Assembly: GCA_036172245.1 (NCBI GenBank)
Contig: JAYWIR010000001.1
Span: forward strand, 6,758,001 to 6,822,000
DNA: 64,000 bases
Direction of reading: 5' to 3'
Origin: Raillietiella orientalis
Taxonomy: Eukaryota
Each line of letters opens with the position of its first letter. Positions within the stretch are counted from its first letter, which is position 1. Below are positions 1 to 13,500 of this stretch, one piece after another. The notes below the pieces were generated by a model. It did no database searches, was not told the origin of the DNA, and saw only the letters and a list, made by a program, of their open reading frames with translations. Both the position numbers and the translations under genes were made by a program.

Positions 1-1250
1 TGCCATCATTTCGGGGAATTGCAACAAAAACTCGATAAGTTTCGAAATTGGGGAGGTTCCCGGCCCGCCTCCTCTGAACGGGAATTCTTCCGAAGCGGCG
101 AATTACGTAATGAGGAAGTTGGTCCTGGCGGAAACTTCCGCTCCGGGTGGGGAAGGCTAATTCAAGGGGTGAGCGCCGTCCTTGCCTGCTATCGAGAACG
201 AGATCAGAGCGGAGTAATTGCTGGAAACATTCCTCCACAGAGAAGCTCGTAGGAGTGCATCCTTGAAGATTAGCGTCCCTGATTTGTCACCAAAGAGGTG
301 AGCTAAACCAGTGGCTGCTGAGCCAGAGCAAGCCAGGAGGAATGCAAATGAGAGGGAGTCTCGTTCTTCCGTGGAAAAATGGCAAGCATGAATCTACGTT
401 ATCCACTAGGCTGCCCACCCCTCCTCTCTCCCCCCCTGTCTTCTCTGATTGTGTTGCTTCTTCTGCATGCACTCTGTGAAGAAATCGGTCCAGTCCGGTC
501 ATCCGATTACTGAGGAGTCTTCGTTCGCTACGCTCTTCTCGCTATAGAAAATCCTCTTCTGTATGGAATCCTCACTGTTGCCAGCGACGTGTGGAACGCC
601 CGCAATTTTTCATGCGAGCTCTTGCGCACGTTTCATGGACAAATGGACCCGGAAAGGGGATGGTGAGGTACTTGGAGTCTGTCGAAGAGTGCGGAGGGCC
701 AAATGGACAGGTGTCTCTCGGGGAACTCATGTGAAAAGAGTGGCAGTGACCACCACTTGATGGTGGCTGCAGAGGACTTGGGCGATCCTCCCTGCTCCCA
801 AGCACGAGCCACCGCCATCTCCGGATCCGCATCGACACGTATGGCTGAAAGCAGGAGGTTCGTCGGAAGGAATGGGCATCACTCGGGACGCTCAGTATTT
901 GGGAATCGCTTGGTGTGGCACGGCACCGGTTCACCGTTCGGCATTCTCGTGGTCCATCACTTTTCCTGGCAGCAGTCCGCGCTGAATTTCTCCCTGATGT
1001 CTGAGGCGTACAGACGAGCGGCATTCCTTCGTGGCTCGCCCTCGATCGGCATCTCCTTGCTCGCTCTTCCGAACCGAGTTCCACTGTCCTTGAAAAGAGC
1101 CTCGCCTCCATCGCATGGCTTCCCTTTCTTCCGTGCTCTTCCCTCGATATCTGGCGGAAACTCGTTCCCAGGGGGGCCTTCGAAATCCTTCCAACACTTT
1201 GCGCTCCGTCACCACGGAAACTGACCACGCGGGAAACTGACAAGTCCTGT
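1..1250 (-). mobile_element. decayed L1/Tx1-like LINE ORF2 fragment (linker to RT)
   Basis: Colinear motif remnants on the - strand: PTNLLLSAIR (RT N-term), PDWTDF (~PDQxGF), SRQGRRSPL (~RQGxPLSP). Confidence 0.5.
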
Positions 1251-1847
1251 GTGTGTCGAAGAATAGCTCTTTCGCCGTGCGAGCTTGGAATGTTGTTTCT
1301 TCCGACTGAACGCTGGCGTGGGCAAGCTGAGGTGGCTTTCCATGCTTCCTGCGTTCTCGGTGAGCGTGGATCCTGTGCTGCCATCTCAACGCATGCATTT
1401 CAAAGATACGTTCTTACCCTTCCAGCGGCCAGCCAAATAAATCAAATGCTCTGAAATGCTACGTATTCCTCGCACTTACGATAAGCGACACAACCATCAG
1501 TAGCTAAATAAACATTTGACCAACTCTTCCTTTAGCCTCACTCTCCTTTGTTTTGCTTTTTTTAATCATAGCTACAGCACGTCAGGACAATATTCAGAGG
1601 ATGCTAATCCGGCAGTATTGATCTTATGTAAGGGCACATAAGGTTTACATAAGACACCATTGCAGGTGCAATTGGTAAAAAAAAGTCAGTCTTCGTCGGT
1701 TGCGTTTGAATGTGTTTAGTCATGTGATGCCCTGGCACACGTGCGAAACATTGGTGCCTGAGCGTGAAAATAGAAGCTAACTTACAGTAAAGTTTGAAAT
1801 AACATCTTGGAAATTCTGCTCAATTTTTGCTTCATCTCTTCTTTCAG

Positions 1848-1948
1848 CCGATAGCAGCTTTTTACTGGCAAACGCACAAATAGTTGACTACCCCATTGTA
1901 TACTGCAATGAAACTTTTAGCAAAATGTCAGGATACACAAGAGCAGAG
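1848..1948 (+). CDS. eag: eag K+ channel, first coding exon in window (PAS domain N-part; the true first exon is upstream)
   Basis: ctttcag|..|gtgaga; translates [33 protein letters not shown], the eag-domain motif. Absent from the ORF track. Confidence 0.95.
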
Positions 1949-1999
1949 GTGAGAGGAATCCATTATTATCAACATACGAGCAGAGCTGGCGTGAGAGTG

Positions 2000-4400
2000 T
2001 ATGTACAACGTACTACTTCTTCTGTACGACCTGTACCCTGATCCGGTTCGCCCATGCCAAGCCCTCCACGAGTTCCACAATGCACGGCAGAGACATGTTG
2101 GCTGTTCCTGCTATCATCCTTCGGCCTTCGAAAGCCTTCACCCTTCTGAGCTCCTGTTCCCTACCTTCCAAATTTTCCTACGGTTCCCCTCCTGCTTGCC
2201 GTGTCTGATTTCTGAGTGTTCTCCGACCCGTTCCTAAAGGGTTAACCACTTTAAACCGGCCCACTTGGTACTGCCTTGTTGCGTTTCGCTGCAAAGTCGG
2301 ACTTCAGAATGCCGGTTTTGAATGGCCTTGTCCTGTGCCAGATGACCACGGGTGTATCAACAACCACAAAAGCTTCCCTGTGTGGAGGCTTCATCTTCTT
2401 TGGCGAGATTCCGTCCAGTTCATCGTGCTGGATAGAGATTGCTGCAGTCTAGATGCATGGGTTGCAGACATCACCGTTTTCACGAGAGCTTTAGCTCTCC
2501 CTCTGTGATGCGCCATCTTCGCCCACCAGGGCGCCTCTCGGCATCCCTCGCCTTCAGGCGAAAAATGTGTTTTCTGTTTGGACTTTCCCCTTACTTCTCT
2601 TCCTCTGCTTCCACGAAAGGAGCCAATAGCACTTTCTGCTAATGTTTCTGGTTCTCTCTCGAGTGTATGCAAAGGTTTCGAGGCGGCCATGGCCTCGCGT
2701 TGCCCCTAGAAGCTCGGCTGGGATCACAGGAACACATCCTGCAACCCGTGCCTTCTATCGGACGAGGAGGTTCCCATCATGATCCCGGAGACCCAGGTGG
2801 GACGAGCTTCGGCCGTGTGCAGCAGTCGCCGCTGTCTCCTCGAATTCGCCGACGGATTCCTGGGGTTCTCTCGGAATCTTCATTTTCAACGGAGAAGACG
2901 GACTTGTACGAAACAACAGGGTTGATCGTCTGGCTGCAGCGCAACCAGTAGATCGGCTCCATGTACCTCGCAGAGAGACGGACATCCTGGTCTCCCAAAA
3001 CTGCATCCTCCCTTCCCTCTTCCTTCGTTAACAGACGGGCTTGCTTTTGAGCTGCTCGATTCCTTCGAGAAGATGGCCCAATTTGCCGCTGGTTGCATGC
3101 GGAGATGGCAAGCCCGGACGCACCTACTTCCTTCAAGTCTGTCCAAAGCTCTTCGACACCTTGATTGGATCCCCCCAAGATAATGCCGAATTCCCACCGT
3201 TACCATTTCTTTGGATTCCATGCAGATTCTTCTGACCAGCCCTGTCAGCCATTTCGAAAGCCATTTTGTCACCACTCCGAGACAGAGTCATGCGTGTAGA
3301 AAATCCTAGATTTTGATGCTGCAAGTCCGCACCGCGTGAGATCAGGCTCTTCTTCTGACTAATGGGAATCCGCTCATCTTTTCTTTTCCGGTGTCTGTTT
3401 GGACGACAACCGTCGAGTTTCGTCTTCCATTACTACGTTGACAGTTTCGTCTTTTCCATTTGCTTCTCTGAGTGTGTCTTCCTCCTGGTAGGCGCAGCAT
3501 TGATGGAGTGTCTGAATTCTGATTCGCTCCTCACCCTAGCGCGTTGCTGTTTGCCCTACTTTTACAGCTTGGGGAGAGTTGCTGCTATTGATGACCCCTC
3601 TCTAGCTAACCTCGGACGACTCAGTCGGCTCTCCATTACTCTGCAAAGGAAGTGTAGATGCTCGTCAAGCATTCTCGCGGCTGGGGTGTCCCTGGTCACT
3701 TCCGAGGACACCCGTCTTGTTAAGAGAAGCTGGCGAACCCCCACTACGGCAGTCTTGCTCCCAGAATTCTCTCTTCCCCCGATGAAATGAAAGGGGTAGC
3801 TCATTATACGCCCATTCTTGAGCCCTGCCCTTCGAAATGCAAACCACCTTAGAAAGAAGCATCTCTGAAAGGATCGAAACCTTCTGATCCAAAACAAAAA
3901 AAAATCCAAGGAAGGAAGCTGCGTCAACGATGCACGCAAACTGAATACCCTCGAAGAGACAGCGTGGAAAGTATAGATTCATTCCGTTGCATCAAATGGG
4001 AGAAGGGATCACACCTAGTAGGTTCAACCCCCTACTGGGGAAACACATTTCGAGCTGTTGATCATTTTCTCAGCACCAATTTATGTGTCTCCGCGCTGGA
4101 AAACATCTACTAAACAAGGCTGTTTGCAGTTCCGACCATGAAATTCCTTGACTCCCTCCTTTTCTCCTTTTTCTGAGAGTTGCCGAGCTTTTCGAGGATG
4201 GAGGAGCTTCTTGAAAGAAAAGAAAACTGCATGTCTTCTTCTCAGTCAGTGTGCCGTGGCAGATGCTCCTCACTTTCCTTGCGATTCCGTGGTTCCTTCC
4301 CGCCACCACAATCTGAGACGAAAGCGCAGCACGAGTAGGCAGCTCCCGCGTCCCGCTTCCGCATCGGTCTCCAACTGAGCTATCACCCGCCTTCCCCTGA
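2000..4400 (-). mobile_element. decayed LINE: possible ORF1 remnant, endonuclease and linker
   Basis: GNGGNSAL (~GGDFN), EAPWWAKM (~WWxxxK), KAIQNRHSEVR..STKW linker-like remnants; weak. Confidence 0.35.
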
Positions 4401-4758
4401 ATTGGTTTTATGTGACTTCGTCTTCAGCGATTGTTTTCATAACCTTTCGACCCTTTTTTTTTAAAAAAAAAAAAAAAACAGCCCTTTATTCTTGAATAAG
4501 GGTGTCCTGAACAATTACACAAGTTGACTTCATGCAGTATCAGGCTGTGGTCCATGGGAGGGCGCGCAGCTTGCGCTGAGTGTTTGATACTCCTCTGCAC
4601 TCTTGAGCGAAGCTCCTAGCAACCGTTTTGAATTTCAGGGAAGACATTCTTGTTCTCCCAGCGCTTACCAGCTCACATGTGCTTCCCACCCTCCCAGACC
4701 TGCTCAACTGCAGACACCTAGTGCCGGAACACGCTAACACAAATATTGCTGATTGCAG

Positions 4759-4891
4759 GTGATGCAAAAATCCTGCAGATGTAGCTTCATGTATGGGGAG
4801 CTGACAGACAAAGAAACGGTAGCCAACATCGAGAAAGCACTCGAGAACCAGGTTTTGGAGCAGTTCGAGATTCTTCTGTACAAACGAAACC
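4759..4891 (+). CDS. eag: eag exon (PAS domain)
   Basis: ttgcag|..|gtaagt; VMQKSCRCSFMYGELTDKETVANIEKALENQVLEQFEILLYKRN; phase matches flanking exons. Confidence 0.95.
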
Positions 4892-5151
4892 GTAAGTTCG
4901 GAGATTTGCTTCCACGGCGACAGGACACGAGCAGGCGATCGTTAGTAGGCGATCGGCGACGGGTAGCTTTTGACGTGCGAAGTTGCGGTGCATGTTGTCC
5001 TGCAGGCTTCTTCCAGGAAGATAACTTCCCCTAATTGCTCGCAAAAAGTACTGTCAACCTGGACGCTTGGGTTTCGTTTATTTTGTCGTCCTCAGAATCA
5101 CCGAGAAGCGATGCATTCGAACTTACAGAGCACAGAGCACAATAGGCTATA

Positions 5152-5154
<3 letters not shown>

Positions 5155-5213
<59 letters not shown>
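5155..5213. repeat. (GT)n microsatellite
   Basis: About 29 perfect GT units. Confidence 0.98.
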
Positions 5214-5214
<1 letters not shown>

Positions 5215-5618
5215 ACATGCACACGTATGTTCATGATCTATCTATCTGCAGGTATAGATGAATATCTTTCATAATGATGCCTTTTTTTGGGTGCAGCACT
5301 CCCCTTTATGAATGGTTTGACGGCATTGTCTTGTCGCTCCAGGCCAGCTTGGCATACTCCGTAGTGACATCCTGGCAGAACAAAAAGTAAAATGACAGAT
5401 AATCCGCATGAAAGTTCGATCCTTCCGTATGTTTCAGTGTGCGCATCTGCTTATGTAGAACATTTTCTTTTCTCACTAACCACGTTGGAAATTCTACCGA
5501 TGAAATTCGGTTTCTCGATCAATGTCTGGCCGATGACCTCCACGGTGCACTTTTACGATCCAGCTTTCTCCCTTAACTCTTGCAGTTGCTCCGCTAACGA
5601 CTTTCTTATGAAAGACTG

Positions 5619-6201
5619 ACTTATGAAGACTTCCAGGACAGATGGCCTGTTGATTGTCGTATTGTTGCTGTTGCAGCGACTACAGCTGTTTCTTTCCATC
5701 CTTCTCTATTCCACTCCCAACGGAAACGTCCTTCAAACAAGCAGTCCCCTCTTCCCTGATCCGGAATCCAAGTTGGTCTTTTTCCACTCGTGGGAAGCAC
5801 CCAGAAGGTGCTCTGTGACAAGCAGTCAAGAATAGATAGTTCGAGATTGTGATTTCCTGTGCTCGAGATCGCTCTGTCCTAACGAAAACCAAGGTGTCGC
5901 AGGATGTCGTCATCAGTGCACCCCGAAGTCACGTTTAGTTTATGAGGGTTGCATTCGTGGAGACACTTCTCGGAATGCGTCCGCGAAGAATGGTCTAAAA
6001 ACCTACCTCATCATAAACTGGAATGACCAATGCACACAAATACTCTTGCAGGTGCTCCGCAAACTTATGAAAGCTTTAGGATATATGGCCTGTTGATTGG
6101 TCGTAGTTGCTGCTGCAGTGGCTACAGTTGTTTCTTTCCATCCTTCCCTATTCCACTCCCAACAGAAACGTCCTTCAAACAAGTAGTCCCTCTTCCCTGA
6201 T
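5619..6201. repeat. diverged ~140 bp direct repeat pair (5619-5760 and 6063-6201)
   Basis: Both copies share acttatgaa...tttctttccatccttc..tattccactcccaac.gaaacgtccttcaaacaag.agtccc..cttccctgat. Confidence 0.85.
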
Positions 6202-6399
6202 ATAAATCCTCTTGGTCGTTGTGTTTGTGTGTTTATTTTTGCTCGTCCCTTCCAATGGAAACGTGGCTCGCGTGGATAACACTTCTTAATGTCAAGAAGT
6301 ATCAGCATCGTTAGCTGGTTCAAGGCAGTCATTGCGATTGAAGTTGCACAGTCATCAACTTTCATAGTCGTTCGGTCATCAGCTGTGTCTTACAAGCTG

Positions 6400-7500
6400 G
6401 TTGCTGGTTCACGTGAAGACACTTGACTTTTCTGTGGATCAGTGAATGGCCGAGAAAGTGTTCCGCGTTCCTGCGGTCAGCATCACGATGAAACTTCATC
6501 GGAATTCAGCTTCATGCGGAAGTTGGCTACGTGGACACTCATCCGTAACACCATCTTCCCGAGTGAGGAGAAGCGCAGAACGGGTTTGCCAGTTATGATT
6601 TGGCGGTTCGCTTCTGCCAAGCCTGCTTGAGATGATCTCTGAAACAGAGCTCTTCCGAGGCGGAATAGTGCTTCTAATCTTCTGCACGTAACTGAATTCC
6701 ATTTTCTTTTTTCTATTCTTTGGTCGCTTCTTTGAAAATTCTTGTCCTCACCTCCTTGTTTTTTGGCTTTCATCGGAAATTCCTGGAGCGAAGCTGCTTT
6801 CATCTTCGGAACGATCTCCCAGTAGATCTGCAGCTTGGATGTCCTTTGGCATTGCCTTTCATCCCAGCTTTCACGAGCGTCCTCTCGGAATGCTTATCGT
6901 GGATTAGGATGGAGAAGTCTATTGAACTGCTCCTTCAGATTTTTCGGAAACAAGAGATCCCGGCTTGTTTCGAGGCCGTGGTCCATGAGAGTTCGCCAGC
7001 CTTCACTTGAGACTGGGCACGCTTTCCCAGTTTCAGATCCCGCGCCCATGATCCCTGGTTTCATGCCTGTAGCCGAAAGCTGTCCCTCGAGCCCATCTCA
7101 GGGAGCGGTTGCTCCTCCGCTTGTCCTCCGAATCGCCGTGCTCCTTTGGTCACGAAGTGATCTGCTCCCTGCCAGAGTTGCGCCCATGATCATGAGTGGC
7201 GCAAGAGTTCTTGAGCTCAGCTGCCGTCTCCGTCCTCTCTATGTGCAGCTCCCACATCCCTTGCTCTGCTACTCATGCGCCGAACGGGCTCCTTGTGAAC
7301 CATCAGATTTAGGCTTTGTTCATCAATCCCGGGAGATGAGCTGCATCCCTGCTGCCACTGTCGCCATGTCTACCGCATCCAGAGTTCCCTGTGCTCTGCT
7401 CCGTAGAGAAGCAGAGCGCGACTTCGTCTGTTCCTTCCATACCAGTTTTCTCGAAGATGAGGCTGCAAAGTGATCTTCTCAAAGTTTTTCCCCCTCTCCT
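6400..7500 (-). mobile_element. decayed LINE 5' part: ORF1 zinc-knuckle remnant and possible endonuclease start
   Basis: QSKGCGSCT*RG at 7231-7270 resembles the Tx1 ORF1 GQxKxCxxCxxxGH knuckle. Confidence 0.35.
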
Positions 7501-7999
7501 CCCGAGCTGCTAGTAGCGTGTCCTGCAGACCCCTTCAGTTTTCGGATTCAAATTTCATTCAGGCAGATTCGAAATTTTCGGTGCATCCTCCAGAGAATAC
7601 TTTGGTTGTTCGTCTACGATCAACCCAAGTCTTCTGTGACTCACCCCTCTGATAGAAAGACTTCAGTTCTTGGAAGGAGAGGGAGGGAGCCGGCTGTGAC
7701 ATCCTTCGAAGCTGTCTACTTTTTTCCTTTTTACTCCAAGAGAGACTCGCATCTCTCAAAACGAGCACCACGGGTTACACGTGAGCGGCGCCGCTCGTAA
7801 GCTCGCGGCCTGCGAAGGCGGCGGCACACTGCGGGCGGACGGTCATCCGTCCGGAAGAAGCGATGTCGCCCTCCCCAGCTGCACATTCGGACATGGCTTC
7901 GACCTCTTAGGTGAGGAAAAACCTGCAAGAAACTTTGCGCAGCACTTGCGGCTCCGGGACGAAGCCTTTTCCGAAGGAGCCGGGAAAAACAGAAGCAGA

Positions 8000-9800
8000 G
8001 AGGGAAGGCCCGTCCAAGGACGGACAGTAGTGGTGTCGTTACCACGTGCGCGCGTGGAACAAGAACGAAGTGGTGTCCCCTAAGGAAATGGCTGCGTAGA
8101 GGACGAAGGACCGGAGCGCACAGCTCCACGAGCTGGTTCTCATCTTCGGGAGAAGGACATGGGCCTCTTTTCGTGCCGCAGGGTTCCTTTTGGATCCTGG
8201 ACCCGAGATGATGATGGCGCCTCTCCTAGCCGGCTATGTCGAATACGAGGGGGCGAGACCGAGTGCCGTTCTCGTGACACAAGAGGACGGTCGCCGCCCC
8301 TGTGGGCGTGAGTGACCTCGGACGTTTCGCCGAAAACGACGGATGCTCCCATTTCGCCCTAGTCGAGGCAGCCTGAGCCCGCGCTTGTGGGAGAGAATTC
8401 TACCCGAACCTTGGCCCCGCGGTCGTGCAGCGGGATCGGAGGCAGCCTCTCGAATCCGAAAGCGGGAGTCGGGAACGCGAGAACTTCCGGCGTAGCGCCG
8501 GTTTCCCGACGTTCCCGCCTTGTGGAATCGACTGGACCCGTCCCCAAGGACGGGAAGGAGGACGAGGAGGACCATGAGGGAACGAGGCGATCGGGGTCCG
8601 GCGACGTTTTCGCGGAAGGGGATCTCTTCTTTCCGGTTGCGTGAGTGACCCCCTTCGCGGTGCTCGCGTTCCTTCGCCCTTCCGAGGGATTCCGACGGTG
8701 AACGCGCCGGACTCTCCTGGATTACTCCCTTCCCTCCCCGTCCCCCCTTTCGAGACGCTTCAGCTTGCATTTGCATTTAGCAGCCAACTTAACTACGATC
8801 AAATTTCGGAGATAAATCACGGGCTCTCGGTCCATCCGACAACTGCAAGTCACGGAAGGTTCCCTGGAATGGCATTCTAATTGATCGAATGCGAGCACGG
8901 GAGACAGCGGGGAAGAGGAGAGGAGGAAGAAAGGGGAAGAAAAAAAACAACAACGGGAAAAGGGAGGGAAAACGCTAGGTCCAGGATGAGGCACGAGTGG
9001 TTCTTTTCCTGTGGCGGCCAAGCGTTCTCGCATCTTGTTTCTCAGTTTGCAGAGCAGCAGCAGCGCAGCCAGTTTGTTAGTCGACGATGAGGGCGAGTGA
9101 CGTGAGCACTCGCTTCCTTTCTTTTTTCCCCACGCCCGGAGGCGGGCGTCGCTTCGGTAGCCGCGTCTTCTCGCTCCCGAGTGGGAAACTTCATCTTCAG
9201 CGGCCGTCTTTGAGAGACGAGCCGGCGAAAATGTTCATCCGCTCAGGTGCTCGTCGATGGGTTCTATCCCTCCCCATTCCTTGTCAAGTCTTTCTCTTTG
9301 GTAGTGAGGGGCTCTAATCGTCTATTATCAGCGAGTCTCCAAAGGGAGGGAAGGAGTGTCCTCCGCGTGCAGCAGTCCTCAGACCGGCCTCGTCGGCAAC
9401 CAGTCCGTTCCGGTTCGCCGATGATGAATGAGTCGTTTTCTTTCCGGGGGATCTACGTGTTCCTCTTCCTAGAGGCGCAGCTCTTCTTCCATCCCCCTCT
9501 TGCTTAAGGTGCAGCAGGAAACAGTTCGGGAACCGTCCGGTCGACTTTTGTGCATCCAGGAATATGTGGATTTCAAGGCCGTGGCGAGGGAGGCTGCGTT
9601 TCTAAGCATACGCCGTCCCCACGCAACTCCCGTCCTGTCGAGGAGGAATCGTCTGGGGCACCACCGCCACGTTTGGAGATCACGCAGCACCGATGGCGAC
9701 TTCGCGGGGGGGAAGGAGAAGAGGGAATTTTCCCTCACTTGGCGCCGCGAAGTACCTGGGGGGGGGGGGGACAGCCGGGGAAACGAGCACTTCCCTTAGC
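8000..9800 (+). mobile_element. decayed L1/Tx1-like ORF2 (linker and RT)
   Basis: RASDVSTRFL..RFG (~KAFDxV..GFG), RSGARRWVLS (~GVRQGxPLS), catalytic FADD at 9414-9425. Confidence 0.65.
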
Positions 9801-10599
9801 AACGCGAACCGACGGGAAGGCATGGATGGACTCGGGTCCATCGATTCTGCAAGTTGGCTGCGGATTCTTGCGGAAGGATTCGATCGTCAATGTCTCAACG
9901 TTTCTCGACGCGGCTGCTAGAATTTAGTGCTGATTCCCTTTTTTTTGCACTGGCGTTCTGAAGAGAAGAGGGGAGGAGGGAGAGCAGCGGAAGGTCAGGA
10001 GCTTTGGGTCAGGACCTTTCCCGAGCTTTCTTCGTGCCTGGCTCCCGCTCCTCCGGGAATTAGCACTCCTCGTCCATGCATACTCTTTCAAGAGCTTCAA
10101 TTCCACCCTCCAGCGACCCCCTACAGACCTCTTTTTGATCGCATACCCTCCCCGAAGTCTGCATTCGACTGGGATGACCCAGGTGCAGGGCAATTTTTTT
10201 GATCAGGCATCTTCCGCATCTTGCCGAACCTCAACCGGAAATGAATCGAGGAGCGATCGGTAGGATCCCCCATTCCCCCTGCTCCACGAGCGCTTCCGGT
10301 TAGAAAGGGCAATAGTGCCCTACCTTCCAAGCTCGAGCGACAGACCGGGGTGGCAGGCGTCGGATCTGACTGGCTCACGACAGCAAGCCATGAGTAGGCG
10401 TCGGCAAGAGCGCCCGTGGTAAGCTTCAAGGAAACGCCTATAACCTAGGTTTCCCCTTCCCTCCTTCCTCTCCCATCTCGCGTCGATAAGACGCTCGTCT
10501 CTGGGGCAGGGTCAAACCCCGTCACTTCCTACCAGAAAGCTCCTTTCGGTCCCGCCTCTCCCTGACCACTTCTGCACACAGCCGCGCTCTAGTGGGAGC

Positions 10600-12100
10600 G
10601 CATCCTCAAGGGAGCACACGCGGCGAGGCTGCGTCGATCGCTTCCGCAGCTGCGATAGAACGGACCTCTGGACAACCGAAATCTCGGTGGGGAAAAAAAG
10701 CGGGTTCGGAGGAGTCAACCTGCTCAACCCTTTTTCGCGCCGGTGGTAGCCGGAAATGAGAGCAGGGAAGACGCAGCTCTCCCCGAGGGGAGCAGCAACA
10801 AGAAGTCCGTGGGGAAAAATCGTCCACACCCGGGTCAGCGGCGGAAGCCCAAAGCGGAAAGGAGGCATCCAGAGCTTTTGGTTCCGTGAGCCCCTTCCTG
10901 CTCGAAACCGGTTCCGAATGCAGGCGAGCACCTTGCACTTCCCTATTCGAATAGAGCCACCCCGCTCCAGTCCTCGTGGGAGCGGTTGCTATGCGAGCAA
11001 AAGCTCCGACTATGCGGCGGGCGGTCGCGACGGCGCGCGTGCAGCATGACGCCGCTACCACGGGGACCTCATGGAAGTCTTCTGCGAGCGAAAGATCGAC
11101 GCAGAGAGTTTCTGGGGGGGAGGGGGGGGGTGCTCTGTGTGCAGCAGCCTTCAGGCCAGACTCCTCGGCAACCAGTCCGTTCCGGTTCGCCGATGATGAA
11201 CGAGACGCTTCCCTACCGGAGGATCTACGCGTTCCTCCTCGTAGGGGCGCAGCTCCCCTTCCATTGCCATAGCTACATCACCCAAGCGCGCTCGTCCACG
11301 GGTGCCTGGGCTGTGGACGCTCCCGGATACCTGCTGCGTTTTCCGTCGTGGCGCGCAGAGTTGGCATTAGAGGTGGAAGACCCTAGCGCGAGTCCTCTGC
11401 AGAGGGTGGGTGGGTGGAAGGTATGGGATGTGGACTGGAAAAGGAAGGGTGGGAGGGGCAACTGGATTAGGCGGAAGCTCCAGCGGACGTCAGAGGAGAA
11501 GGAGGGGAAGGTCTGGGCTATATTCGACAGAAGAGACTTGGGTCTCGACTTCCCAGAAGATGCGCCAGAGGATTCTTCCGTCGATGGCTCCCTGCTGACC
11601 CCGCGTGTCGGACGTGATCCAGATGCCTTCTTGACGGCGCTGCACCACCCACATCTTCGAAATTTCCTTGCCTCCTCTGATCTCGGCTTGGAACGCATTC
11701 GGCCGTTGCCAGGATTCCACGGGAGACCGCGTGGTTGGAATTCCCTCCGCGTGACGCGCAACCACCGGAATTCACGGCGACTTTCCTTAAGGATGGCTCG
11801 TGACTCCGCGGACTCCGAGATCGCCTTCCACGGGAAGGGGGAGGAAGAGGGCGCTAACTACGACGTCCAATGGAGGAGAAGACGGTTGGGATTTACCCTC
11901 CGAGATGTCCCCCCCTTCCCGCTGACTCTGAGGAAACGCTTCCAGCCTGGATCCCGCCTTCCAGCCTCCGTGCTTCCTGTGATCCGTCCTGACCTCCCAG
12001 GTTTCCGTACGGGCTCCTCGGGCAAGAGCCGGCGAATCCGTGCGGGACGGCGGGAGTGCGCCGCCTCGAACTTATCAAGGACTCGGTAGTTCTCAGCCTC
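10600..12100 (+). mobile_element. decayed L1/Tx1-like ORF2 (RT and thumb), paralogue of 8000-9800
   Basis: GVNLLNP (~PISLLN), CSMTPL, FADD at 11186-11197, thumb-like GNWIRRKL; clear DNA similarity to 9340-9500. Confidence 0.65.
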
Positions 12101-12149
12101 ACGGACTCGGTGGGAGTTGGGGCCCCCAGGGTTCTCCTTCCCACGCGCA

Positions 12150-13500
12150 TGAGGGCTCTTGCTCCCGCCTCCAGCCAGGCCGGCGCTCCGGGGCGGAACG
12201 CGGCGGCACCCGCGGCACTTTCGCAGTTCCACGGGAAAAAAAAAAGATAACGCTTCTCTCTCGTCCTCGACCGTCTCGAGAGAGTCCTCCTGGAGAGTCC
12301 CCTTTCGGTGCACCGATGCGATGGCAGATGCTTTCTCGGAGAGGTCGTCCGTCCGTTCCGCCTTCTATTGCTCTTACCATGAAGGTGTTGCTCTTCGGGT
12401 GCACCCGGCTCAAGCGCACGCGCCGCTCCAGGTTCCCGGAATGCAGCTGCGTTCCCTCCGATCCTTCGGTAGGAGCGCTGCCCTTTCGGCTGCCGTCTTC
12501 GTTTCCCCCTTCCTTCCCTTTCCCTCCCCGAACAGATCTTCCCCGGTGCATAGCTGAGCTTAGAGGACCTTGAAAGATTTTGTCCTCTACTGTGTCGCCG
12601 ACAGCGCGTTCCCTGGCACAAATTCTCATTCTCGGGACTTCCCAGCTTTCGAGAGAGAAGTTCGTAGGAGCGTTCCTGTTTCCTAGAGACGAGCTGCGCT
12701 CGTTTCGCGTCCTGCGGACCTGTCCAGGAGACGGGAGGCGGATTCGGCGCCCTCGTCGTGTTTCAGTAGCGCGTCCTTCCTCGATCCTCGACCGCCCTGC
12801 ATCACGAGTGCCTTACTTCATCCTGCGGGCTCCTGACACTGGGAAGACTCGTTCACGCCACGCTGGTCGAGCAGCAAAGCTTTGCTGCTGAGGACGAGAT
12901 GCATCACTCAGCTTCCAGAAGCGAAATGGACGGCTCCGATTCCGCGCTCGCCTTTGCATAGCGGCGCAGTCTATAAAGAGCAAGGAGATGTCCCCCCTCT
13001 CCCTTCCGGATGTGTCCACCGACGACGGCAAAGAGGAGGAACCGGTAATGAGCGTCACACCGCTTGCCGACTCGACAAAGCTGCTGTTGAGGTTTCACGT
13101 CTGAACGTCACACCGGCCCATCCCATGCGCTCCATCCCCTTCCTTGTGCTCACCGTCGTCAACGCCGCAGATGGAATTTACGCCCGAGTTCTTCTCTCTC
13201 CGAGTCCCCATACAGTGTTACTGCTTCACCCTTGAAGACCTCGTGGGTCGGCTATAGGCGGGATCGACCCGCGAGGCGCCACCAACAGCTGCGCAGCCCT
13301 GTCGGCTATGTGGCGATCACACCCTCGCGGTGCAGAGCACGCCAACGGGTTCGAAACCCGCTGGCGATGTACCTGCATGCAGCCTTCGCCTGCGTTCTTG
13401 TCATACGCGCTCACCGTGCCTGTGAATGCACATCGGCCATCCTAACCGTCGGTGCGTCCTTTTGGGAACTGCCTCTTGCCTCAGCGCCAAGTGTGCATCA
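12150..13500 (+). mobile_element. further decayed RT fragments
   Basis: ITLLSR..WQMLSRRGR and RARQRVRNPLAMYL (~RQGxPLSMxL) remnants. Confidence 0.4.

Noticed and set aside
1-1847. eag first exon (MPGGRRGLVAPQNTF-like)
   Set aside because: Not found here; presumably upstream of the window
10986-12089. 367-aa ORF as a novel gene
   Set aside because: Overlaps a frameshifted RT remnant: FADD lies in another frame and only the thumb region is in frame
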